64,000 nucleotides of DNA from Camelus ferus (taxonomy: Eukaryota), in assembly GCF_009834535.1 (NCBI RefSeq), contig NC_045696.1, positions 100,008,001 through 100,072,000 on the forward strand. The letters run 5' to 3'. Below are positions 37,701 through 49,700 of the stretch, piece after piece. A program made the translations under genes and the position numbers. The notes below the pieces were generated by a model. That model was not told the DNA's origin. It saw nothing but the letters and a program-made list of their open reading frames with translations, and did not search any database. The stretch's first letter is position 1. Every line of letters begins with the position of its first letter.

Positions 37701-40700
37701 GAGATTTCTATCTGACTAAAAAGTCTATCCACACAAATATTAGAGAGTGGTTTTTGTCTCTGTATATTTTTATTAATTGCTCATTATTTGGTGGCTCTGA
37801 CATCCTGTGACACATGTTAACGAGGGCTGTGGACAAGTGGGACCATTACTTGCTCCTTCCTGGCCCTAAGCAAGGAGAGATTTCAAAGTGTAGTTCAATA
37901 TGGGAAGCCCTTTGGTAAGATACCACATGAGTGTCAGCATTTAGCATGGCTGTTTCCTCCATGAAGAGACCAGCCCCCTCTAAGGTACAGGGTTCACTTA
38001 GGATGCCAGTGGTCTAGACATCCTATGAGCTGCAGCCTTGGTTGCCAAGCACCTTTCCGCCTTGTCTTGTACCCACCTCCCACTTCTGAACAACCACTGC
38101 TGAGCTCAACAAGGGTGCCCTGGGCCCAGGGTGATGTTCTATCTCACCTTCCATTCCACTCCCTCCCTTTTCACACATGTGCATTGAGGATAAGCCCTGT
38201 CATACCTTCCTCACACAGTGCAGAATGATAAGCCATGGCTATGGTTTATTAAACAAAATCTCAAGCCAATTTATTCAATGTCATCTTATAAGGAGCATAA
38301 ACAGAGCAATCATCCTGTATTCTCCTCCACACTTGAACACATGAACAAGGAGACATGTTCTGCATACACTTAGCACAGCTCTGACCCTCTGCAGCTTCGC
38401 ACCAGCCCTCACAGCAGAGTCTCCGTTTCTGACATGGGCCTATGCAATCAGGAATATATGCGTTATTTTCTTTTCCATGCCTCACATAAATCACTTTAAT
38501 TTCTCTGTAGCTTAATTTCCCCTCCTCTTTCTCTCTCTTTCCTTTTTTCTCTGACTAGATCATCTCTAAACCCCTTTCCTGTTCTTTCTATTTAAGAAAT
38601 ATCATCTAAACTAATGTCTAAAATATTATGAGTCTAATATTTTAACATAATGGTGATTATGGCTTCCTCTTGTATGTTTTTAGTCTTAACAAGTCATGAA
38701 ACCAATAACAAATATGAAATTAAGGACAACTTTGGACAGTGTATATACTTTGCAGCAGAGGATACTACTTTCTGTACCAGATGTTGCTATGGATCTTTCA
38801 GGCCTTTTATCATAAAGATCCTTGATCTTAAGGGCCAAGAAATCATAACTCTGAAGAGACCACTAAGGTGTACCAGCTGTTGTTTCCCCTGCTGCCTGCA
38901 GGAGGTCGGTGAGCGGTTACCAGGGTACTTTGCAAAGTAGTTCTGTAAGAATTTTACCCTCTTGTTGAATTTATATAATCAAACTGAGATCTAAAGGAAA
39001 AGTGGTCCACAAGCTATTGGTTTATACCTGAGAGTAAACTGTACAGGAAGGAAGGCAGGTGGAACAGAGTGAGCACTTAGCCCCCTGTCCCTGAGTAGGG
39101 CACCTCCTAGGGGTGAGATCAGAGATCTCAGAGACCAGACTCCTCGATCTTCAGGGAGAGCTAAGCAGGTAGGGCACCTCGGTCAAGTCCCTCTCCCAAA
39201 ATGACCATGAGGGCCTGGCCAAAGCCAGAGGAGGGCACCATGGAGATACCCTCGAATGCCATCCCAGAGGCAAGTGGACAGGAGAATGAGGAAAAAGACA
39301 GATGTGTTCATCTCACAATTTTAGCCAACCTACAAGGAGCAAACCTAGGAGAAGGCCCCCTGAGAAATCTCAACTCCTGTGTTTTTCAGTTGTCCATTGG
39401 AAAAAAGTAACATATTTGAGTCCCTGTAATAGAGATATGCTAGTTGTGAGGACCTTCAGCTCTATGAGGTCCAGCGGTCTCTTTCATGTTACTTGACAGC
39501 CTGGCAGAGAACATGGATCTCAGGAAGACGCCAGGCAGAGTGTTTACAGGAAGTTGGCCTCTGCCTAGATCCCACGGGCCTGAGCCCAGCCCTGCCTGTC
39601 ACTCAGCCATCCATATGGGCAGCTGTGAGGGCAGGACAGACATACAAGCACGTAGATATCTGACGTCTAATACTGTACTTATTTTGAAAGGAAAATTGAC
39701 CTTATTCATACTGAATTGTTTTGTTTTCCATGTTAATTAGCCTAGATAGAACAATATAGGAATAGCTGAGAGAAAGATGAGAGTCTGATGGACTGTTCCC
39801 TACAATTTATGGAGCACATTCGCATACATTATTCTGTTGGTCTCAGTAAAGAGACCTGGGAGGTCCTCATCCACAGATGAACGTACTGAGATTCTCTCAA
39901 GGTCGCCCAGCTAAGATGCACCGCCAAGACTCCAGGCCCCATTTTCTTTCCATCATAGCACCACTGCCACTCATATTTGAAAACTGCCCCAGTGATCAGG
40001 GCTCTGTCCATATATCTAAACCACTGTTTTTAAAGGAGTTTAGGAAAAGAGCTTTTAATAATTTAGATATTTTTATATAAGTATGAAATTTTTTAAATAC
40101 ATGAGGCCAGTAGAACAATGCTCAGAGTGGAGACTGTGCATGTAGCCTCCCCACGTTTGTGTCTCATCTTTTTCACTTTGCAGCTGGGGAATATGATACA
40201 AGTTAATTAACCTCATTGTTCCTCAGTTATTTCCTCTATAAACAGGGATAATAGTATCAACCTGGTAAGAATGTAGTGTGAATTAAGTGGTGCATAGAAC
40301 AGTATCTTTCCCTTAGAAAGTGAGCAAAGGATCTAAATAGACATGTTTTCAAAGAAGAAATACATATGGCCAACACATATATGAAAAGCTGCTCAGCATC
40401 ATTAATCATCAGAAAAATGCAAATCAAAACCATAATGACATATCATATCACACCTGTTACAATGTCATCAAAATGTCAAGCCATATGTTGGCAAAGATTT
40501 AAAGAAAAAGGAACCTTTACACTCTGTTGGTGGAAGTGTAAATTGGTACAGCCATTATGGAAAAGAGTATTAAGTCTCCTCAGATAATTAAAAATAGAAC
40601 TACCATAAGATCCAGCAATCCAACTTTTGAGTATATATCCTAAGGAAATAAAATCAGGTTCTCAAAGAGATTTCTGCACTTATGTGTTTATTGAACCCTT

Positions 40701-43700
40701 ATTCACGGTAGCCAGGATATGGAAACATCCTCAGTGTCCACTGACTGATGAATGGACAAAAAAAATGTGAGATGTGTGTGTATAATATTATCCAGCCAAA
40801 AAAGAGAAGAAAATCCTGCCATTTGTGACAACATGCATGCTTTGAGAAACCAATATGCTAACTAAAATAAGCCAGATTCAAAACACAAATACTGGATGGC
40901 ATCACTTATATATCAAATCATTAAAAAAATGTCTAACTCAGAGATACACAGAGTATAATGCTAATTGCCAAGGGCTGCTGGGTGGGAGAATTGGGGTATG
41001 TTAGTCAAACACTACAAACTTTCAGTTATCAGATGAATAAGTTCTGAGGATCTAATGCACAGAATAGGGACTATAGTTAAAAATACTAAACTGTATACTT
41101 GAGATTTGCTAAGAGATATATCTCAAGTGTTCTCACCAAAAAAAAAAAAAAAGTTAACTATATGAGGTGAAAGTTGTTTCATTTAACTTAATTGTGGTAA
41201 TCTTTCCACACTGTGTATGTGTATCAAATCATCCCATTATGTAATTTAAATACACTACAATTTTGTATGTCAGTTGCACCTCAATAAAAATGGGAAAAAA
41301 GTATACTACTAATATGAAAACAAGTAGTGAGTAAATGAGCACTGTTATCAGACATTGTTATGATAATAATGATGATTACATAATATATATACTGTTCTGT
41401 TTTGTAGATAGAAGTCCACACCCCTTATGGTGTACCAATAGGTTATGTTACTCAGACTTGGCACCCATATCTGCCAAAGTTTACAATTCAAAATGAGAAT
41501 AAAATGGATATTCTAAGAATTATAGGTCCATGTCTTGTGTGCAACTGTTGTGGAAATGTTGATTTTAAGGTAAGAGAGGTGATAATATTTATAGGATTTG
41601 CTTTCCTACTATAAGGAGAAAATAATTGTGTAAGATGTTATAAATATATTAAATAATGATTTGTATACATATTTCAAGAGGAAGAGAATGTGCTCATATA
41701 TTTAACTTTGGTTATTATTGCTCTAATTAAGTTTAAGTGTTGATTATATTAAATGAAAAAAAAGAGAAGCACAGCCTTATAGTCAAATAAACATAAGGAA
41801 AGCATCTAACCCTTCAACGTGGTGGTTCTTATGGAGGCAGTGTACATTATCCATTTTAAATAGAACCGTAACCTTGTCACCAAGTCTGATTGCCAAAGCA
41901 TATGGTCCTTCCTTAGTCTGAAATATGGGCTGTCAGTGCTGTAGCCCCTCTTTAGAAGCACTGACATCTTTGAGTTCCTACAAAAAGCTCACTTATGCAA
42001 AGAGAATTTTAAGAAAAATGGTGTAAGATGTACTATGCAATTATACTTCTCTGCAGTCTTCATTTTCATATTAACTCCATTGCTGTAAACCACAATACAC
42101 CTGTGTATTTCCTAGATAAAGGAACTCATCACAGCAGTTTTCCAGCAGGTAGTATCCGCCCTTATAGACTATATTATTTAGATGCAGTTGTATAAAGGTT
42201 GAGTGTTTTATAACTTAATATCATGATTCTCTTAGAAAATCATAAAATCTGTTCAACTGGACCCACATTTCTGCAGGAGGAAAAAATCCAAAATTGAGCA
42301 GGGCTGCCACCTTATGATAACATGTAGGAATTTTGCCACTGTCCCCTGACATCCTAAGGTTTTCCACTATCCAGAATCTTTCTTTTACATTATCTCCTCG
42401 CTTCCCTTGTTATATAGTTTTCAATTCCTCTGCTAGACCCTGCTCATTTAAAGATTAATCACTCTTCACATGGACTTCCTAGTCTAATGACAAAGATGAG
42501 AAGTCCCAAGAAAACACAACTAATGTAAAGAGACTTCATAAAGGCTCTTTTAAAGAGCTATGTACAATGTATGTGAGATGTATGTAAAAGGACTTCATAG
42601 GTATACCTAATACCAGTTCTCTGTGTAGAGGATGGGGTATCGATCAAAGATCCAGAGGAGCAGAAAGAGATTATTCATTCAAGGAACAACATTAACAGAC
42701 GTTCAGCTGGCAGATGCTTTATTTGGTGGGAATAAGTGAAAACATGAAAAGTATTTGAAACTCTGGTATTTAATGCTAAGAAACTTAGATTTCACCCAGC
42801 AATCCTTCTCAGTGGATGCCTTAAAACAAGATTATATGTAATGAATTAGCTTCTCTCCTGGGCATCTAGGATGATGATAATTAGGTATTCTCTTTCAGAG
42901 AATGGAAAACATACTCACTTGAATCAATTTCTGATGGAAAGTTTGACACCTTAAAGCGGGATTTATCAGTACGAGGGACCACTGTGGAACCTGGACTCCA
43001 TCATGATATCAGTGGTCTTTGAAAGTTGGAGTAGAATGGGACAACAGCCTGAACAAGAAGGAGCAGGAGTCATTCTAAAGGAGGAAATAATTCAGACACA
43101 TTTCATAAGTGAACCAAGTGATTCACAGATTTGATGTCAGCTGAGGAGGAAAAATATTGGGAGATGATTCTGATGTCTGATGTTTGAGAAGCTGAATGAA
43201 TAATGAAGGCGTTGGCCAATTTAAGAATATTGAAGGAGAAACACGTGATGTGTGGAAAGCTAATGACTTGTATTTGAGTCATGCTGGATTTTAGGTATGC
43301 AGAAGAAAAGGTTGGGGAGTTTTCAGCATACAGATGGTAGTTAAAGCCAGGACAAGATTATTCCAAAGGTGAGCAGAAGAAAGACAAGTAGGCTTTCAAT
43401 CTCATGGAGATGATAGGGCAGTCTGTCTTCTTCCAGGACTCTTGGTGGGGGCAAAAAAATACGCCTGTATGAAACTGATATCCAATCCAGTCCCTTCTGT
43501 GACTTTGATGTCTGAATGCATACCACTGTTTTGGTTCAGGAATCTCAAAACACAGAAATTGACCTTGAGTGGTGATACAGATGGCAGAATTGAATGCAGA
43601 ATTACAGTAGAAGATTATCACTGAGGGTACCCTCTATTCCTACTGTAAAAGCCTATCTTCACATGAGCAGATTGAAAAATTATATAATGCTCTAGCAAGT

Positions 43701-46700
43701 AATCCACCAAGAATAAACGGCATACAATAGAACAGTCTACAATCAGTCATATAAGAAATACCTAAATAAACACTAAAGAGACCAAGAAGAAGCAAAAGTC
43801 ACAAGAGAAGAATAAGAAAAAGGATTCGAAAACAAATCAGAAGAATCTCCAGAAATAAGGAGCAGTGCCTGATTAAAAAGAGGAGGTGGGAAAAAGACAT
43901 AAATTTGAAGGGACAAAAATAAAATTGAAGGGACATAGAAGGCTAGGAGGGAAAAAAAAACAACTGCTTGTGCATATGCCAAAGAGAAGATACAGAGAAG
44001 GAAAAGACAGAGACTGTGCTGAAATGATATTCAAAGAGATAAATTACTAAAATTCTTTCAGACCTGATGCTATGAATGCTCAGATTAAGAAATTGCCAGG
44101 AGTTCTGGAAAAGAAAAAGAAATGACACCCAGGTACAGCTTAGATAAACAGCAAACTTCAAACTAAAAATGGAAATCTAAGATCAGCAAGTGACAAGGAA
44201 GAAATTTATCTCTAATACATAATGTCCTACAATTAATGCTTTTGAACATTTTACTCTACCTTCACTGGCTACTTTTATTTGCTCTTTTTGCATTATGTAT
44301 TAATATCCATTTACCTATTGGGCTGTTTGCTTTTTATTGTCAATTTATAAAAATAATTTGTGTACTGGAGATATTAATTCTGCATCTGTCCTCTGATTTG
44401 CAAATATTTCCCACAAACCTACCCTTTGTTTTCGTACTTTTTTAAAATATATTTTTGCCATACAGAAATTTTAAATCGTTTATGGTCAAATATGTCTATT
44501 TTCACAACTTCTGGTTCTCTTGTTTTAATTATGAAGGTACACAGCAAACCTTATATTTTATCTAATCTTTTTTAAATTTTATATTTAAATCTTTAACTCA
44601 TCAGCAGTTTTATTAGTACAGGATAGGAGCAAACTTCATTTTATTTCAGATAGCTGAACAGTTGTGCCAGCAGAATTTATTAAGTAAATATTCTTTGCTA
44701 AATTGAAATACCATCCTCACCATACATTAAATTCCCACAAGTAATGGAATTAATTTCTAGATTCCATGCTCTGTTGCAGTGACCTAACTGTGTTCACAGC
44801 AGTGCCTTATGATATGCTCATGACGCCTTAATGGTATGTCCTCTGTCTACCCATAGCAAAATGATCACTCGTTATTCTTCTTATCATATTTGCTTGCTCT
44901 TATCTAATTTTCCTTTCATATGAACAGTAAGATAATTTCATTCAGTTTTTCAGAAGTTAGAATCTAATCAGTACTGAGTGAAACCTGCTCATCATTTTTA
45001 AATATCAGCATACATGCAATGCTAAACCTCGCCCATCTCAGAAGTGTTATGTCTTCAAATTCATACCTTATTTTGTATACTTCATAAGACCACATAGGTT
45101 TCTTTATATGGAACCTCTGACTTTTTTGTTAAGCTTATTCCTAAGTAATGTGTAGCCATTTATCACTACTAAGAAGGAATATTTATATTTTGAGGTGCTT
45201 ATTCTAAATGGTACGAAAAGCTATTTTTCTTTACTTTGTATCCAGTCATATGACTGTATTATAATGTTAAATTTAGGTGTTTTTGCATTATTAGTTTTTC
45301 TAGGTATAAAATCACAGTGCAAATGAGATTCTGGTAGCTTTTCTAGTGTTTCTAAACCCGCTGGCTCATTTTTCTTCCAGCCTAACTACAGATCAGAAAT
45401 AGTAATGATGATGATGACAACTGTGGGAGTATCTACCAAGCTGATGATTTCAGTTGAAATAGTACCAAATATTTCACACTTTAGGAAGATATTACTCTTG
45501 TTTTCATAACATTTTTTTCTCTTCCTATTTACTTAAAGCAGGAATGAGCAAAAAAAAATTTTTGTACAGGACCAGACAGAGAATATTTAAGATGTTGTGG
45601 GCCACAAGTTCATTGTCACAACTCAATTATACCATTGTGGCATAAAGGGAGTCAAAAGTAGTACATTAATGAATGGTCACGTTTGTGCACCATTAAACTT
45701 CACTTACAAAAACAGAAGGCAGGCAGATATGCCCACGGACCACTGTTGGCTGACTCCTGACTGAGATTTTTATTAGGAATGGATACTTAACTTTTTGAAA
45801 AGAATACCATAATGACCAAGAGTACAGACCCTGGAACCAGAATGCCTTGGTTTGAAACCCATGACCACAATTTATCTGTGTAACAGTGAACAAATTACTT
45901 AACCTTTCTTTGCTTCAATTTTTTCATATGGGAAATATGGATAATAATAGTAGGTAACATGCAAGGTTATCATGTGCATTAAATTACCTAACAGTTGTAA
46001 AGCCTTTGTATGCCATCCGTATACTAAATGTTATATAAATGTTTAGTTAGTAAATACTAAAATACCTTTTCAGCAACCACTGATGCGATCTTTTGTTTTA
46101 AATTCTATTAATTTTCTAGTATTTCACACTTACTATTGTATATTCTTTTGATACTTACCTAGGATGCTGTGCTAGTGTTCTACTTGGATTTTTGGATTTA
46201 TATTATGTGAGTCTATAGTTTTCTTTTTAGAATATCTTTAACAGTTATTGGTATTAAATTTATGTACTTACAAATTTAATTCAAATATAATATACATAAT
46301 GCTATTTTTTTACCCACACTTCTGACACCAAAGGTATGAAATTTTTTCTCATACCAAACAGTCCTCTAACTCTCCAGATACCAACTGGTCGTCCTACAAT
46401 TTAATTCATTTCTGACAGTAACAAATTGGAGTTGATGCAGACCCCACAGATTAAGGGCCCTGTCCCACTAGACTGCCCCTACCTCAGATGCCAATCACAA
46501 GTCCCAGAACTCCTGCATTCCTAACCAACCTGGTATAAAGCAGAGGTTCTCAGATTTGATCATTTGCTGGAGTGGATCACAGAACTCAGAAACACACTTT
46601 ACTCACATGAACAGGTTTTATAAAGGATTATTACAAGAACGCAGGTGATCACCAAGAGGAAGCACAGGCACACTTCTTATTTGCACCTCACTTTATTGCT

Positions 46701-49700
46701 CTTCACAGATACTGCACTTTGTACAAAAGGCTTGTGGCAACCTTGAGTGAGGCCAGTCTACCAGCACCATTTTTCCATCATCTTTTGTTCACTTCGTGTG
46801 TCTGTTGTCACAAAGTGGTAATTCTTGCAGTATTTCAAAACCCTCCACCAGCAAAAAGATTATGATTCACTGAAGGCTGGGATGATAGTTAGCATCTTTT
46901 AGCAATAAAGTATGTTTAATTAAGGCATGTATATATATTTTTTAGACATAATGCTATTGCACAGGTAAGAGGCTACAGTATAATTTACAAATAATTTTAT
47001 ATGTCCTGGAAAATCAGAATTTCATGTGATTCACTTTGTTGTGAGATTTGCTTTGTTGTGGTGGTCTGGATCCAAACCTGTAACATATCCAAGGTATGCA
47101 TATATCTAGGGTAAGGTCTGGAAAGGTATAGCTGTCTGTCTTCATGGCACTGGGATGCATCCCCCTCTAAAAATATGTATACATTCACCAACCTGGAAGA
47201 TCTCTGAACCCTATCAGTTAGTTTTTATGGAGTTTTCATTACATGGACATCGCTGATTAAATCATTGGCTGTGGGTGATTAAGTCGATCTCTAGCCTCTC
47301 CCTCACACCTCCTTTCCCCGCCCCCATGCCAAGTCTCTGTTCATCGTTTGGACTTCCTGGTGACCAGCCCCCATCCTGAAGTTGAAAGTAGTCCATAGCC
47401 AGTGTCATATCATTAGCCTGCAAAAGATTTATCACTCAGAAGTTTCCAAAGGTTTTAGAATCTGTGTGCTAGAAACCTGGAATAAAGGCCACATAGTACA
47501 TAAACAAAACAAAAGAAAACTCCTATAATTCCTATCACTCAGCAAGTTACAAGAGGTTTAGAGCTCTATGTCAGGAGCCAGGCACAAAAACTAAATATAT
47601 GTTTCTTGTGTCACAAACAAATTAATTATTTCAGAGTTGAAATAACCTTATTATAGGTATTTTTCTCTTTTTTAAAAGGTCATTTGGAATTTAGGTAAAA
47701 AATTACCTAGTTCTCATAACTTTTAAGTTGTGAGACATTATTCATATTTAAAGGTTTCCACAAAAATTTTTTTATTTTAACTTTGGAATGATTTTGGTGG
47801 AGTTTAAAATGTCTCACTATAAAAATCAATATGGGGAAATTTTAGTATCTTAAATTCAGTGGTGGGATTATAGTGGCTGTATTTTTTATTTTAAAAAATA
47901 TTTTTAAATTAAAAATAAATTTAAAAAATAAGATTTCTTTACTAGCTAAAAATGGCAGCTATTAGAAGGTGAACTACTAAAGTGTATGAAAGATTTGTGT
48001 GTGTTTTGCCACAATAGCATTGCATAACAAATAACCCCTAAAGGTCAGTGGCTTATAAAGCAGGAATTGATTCTCATGCTTATGGGTCTGCAGGTTAACT
48101 GTGTCTGGGGGATATACCGAGGCTCAGCCAGACAGCTCTGACTGAGGCTGCTGTTTGGCTTCAGGTCTGCTCCTGGTATGTTCAGTCTGGAGCTGTAGCA
48201 ACAGCAGAGGCCTGGATTGTGCTTTTCTGGTGGCTGATCCCTGGAGAGCAAGACTCAAGGCCAAACCACTCGGCCCTGTTTAAGGTCTCTGCTCATGTCA
48301 CATCCACTAAGACTCTGTCAGTCAAACAAGGCACATGGCCAAGCCTAATTTCAATGTGCAGGGAAGGATACTGGGCTTACAGTGGGAGGGAATTGAAATG
48401 AATATTTGATGAAGAGTAATCCATGCTATCGCAGTATTCATATTAGAAGTTTAATTCAGGTTTTTAAAGAACTTAACTACTCACTCTCAAATAAAATGAG
48501 TCAGCAGTTTTTAGTTTCCGCATATTTATGTTACTGCCAACATAAGGTTGTTCCTAGTACATGTGGTACCTTGTGCACACTTGAAAAGGACACTCCTCTT
48601 CCTGGGTTCACACAACCCTGCCTGTACATGTTTTGGTGAATGGGGGCTACTTTCAGCCCCTACGTGCCCGCTTGGTGAGGTGCATCTGTCTGGCTATAAG
48701 CTGTTCAACTCTTTATCATGGCCCTTGGCTTTCCACAGGCAGAACTGTAAATTTAGAAGAAATTTACTTTGGAGCCTTTTTCTTTCATACACACTTTCTC
48801 ATTTGTTGTCACCCATCCCCTCCTGTTGTCCAGTCTGACCCCAGCCTTGGACCTGGGGCATCCCACTTACTGGTTACTTTCCTACACTCAGAACTGCCAG
48901 TCCTCTTTTCCAGGCTCCTGACATTTCACATTTTCCTTCTGACAGCGGGTGACAATGGGGCCTCCCATCACCTCTAAACACTCAGCCTATGTAAACTCTC
49001 TGTGCTTGTCTTAGAACAGAACTCAGATGCAAATTTCATTTCCTACTCCCTGATGGCTTCTAGAAATTTCATCTAAGAAATATTTCATGTCTTTACTTAA
49101 CTTTTATTTTGGATCAATTCAACTCATTTATTAAGTCTTTCTTAGTGTAGAATAAAAAAATGTTAAATATTTCACAAAACTACTTTTATACGACTCCTCT
49201 AAGGCAAAGAAACAGTTTTTTTATGTATCTATAAATAGATGGATGTATCTCTATGATCTAATGAATTATATAATGTTCATAGTTCTATCTGGAATATACT
49301 TTTAAGAGTAAATTTGTTTCATTTTAATCAAACTTTGGAGGTAGATTAAAATTACCTAGAATTGTGTAAGACTAGAGTTTTGTTGTTTTTTATTTTTTAC
49401 ATTTTAGATCAAATCTCTTGATGGAAAAAATGTTGTTGGCAAGATTTCCAAGCAGTTTACTAGGATTATGAGAGAAATGTTTACACATTATAGTAACTAT
49501 GGCATCCAGTTCCCTTCAGATGTTGATGTGAAAATAAAAGCTGTGATCATTGGCACGTGTTTCCTCATTGTAAGTCTGTTCTCACTAACATTGGGTATAG
49601 ATGGTTTCTCTAGCATCATTCTTAAATTATTCAGTAAACTGTATGTTTTAGAATGACCTTCTTCAATTTATAGGTTTTGTTCAAAAGGGTTCATTTAATC

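Noticed and set aside
38905..38910. Weak-looking donor gtcggt as a sign of pseudogenisation
   Set aside because: The GT is intact, with GAG before it and G at +5; exon length and phase fit the family structure.
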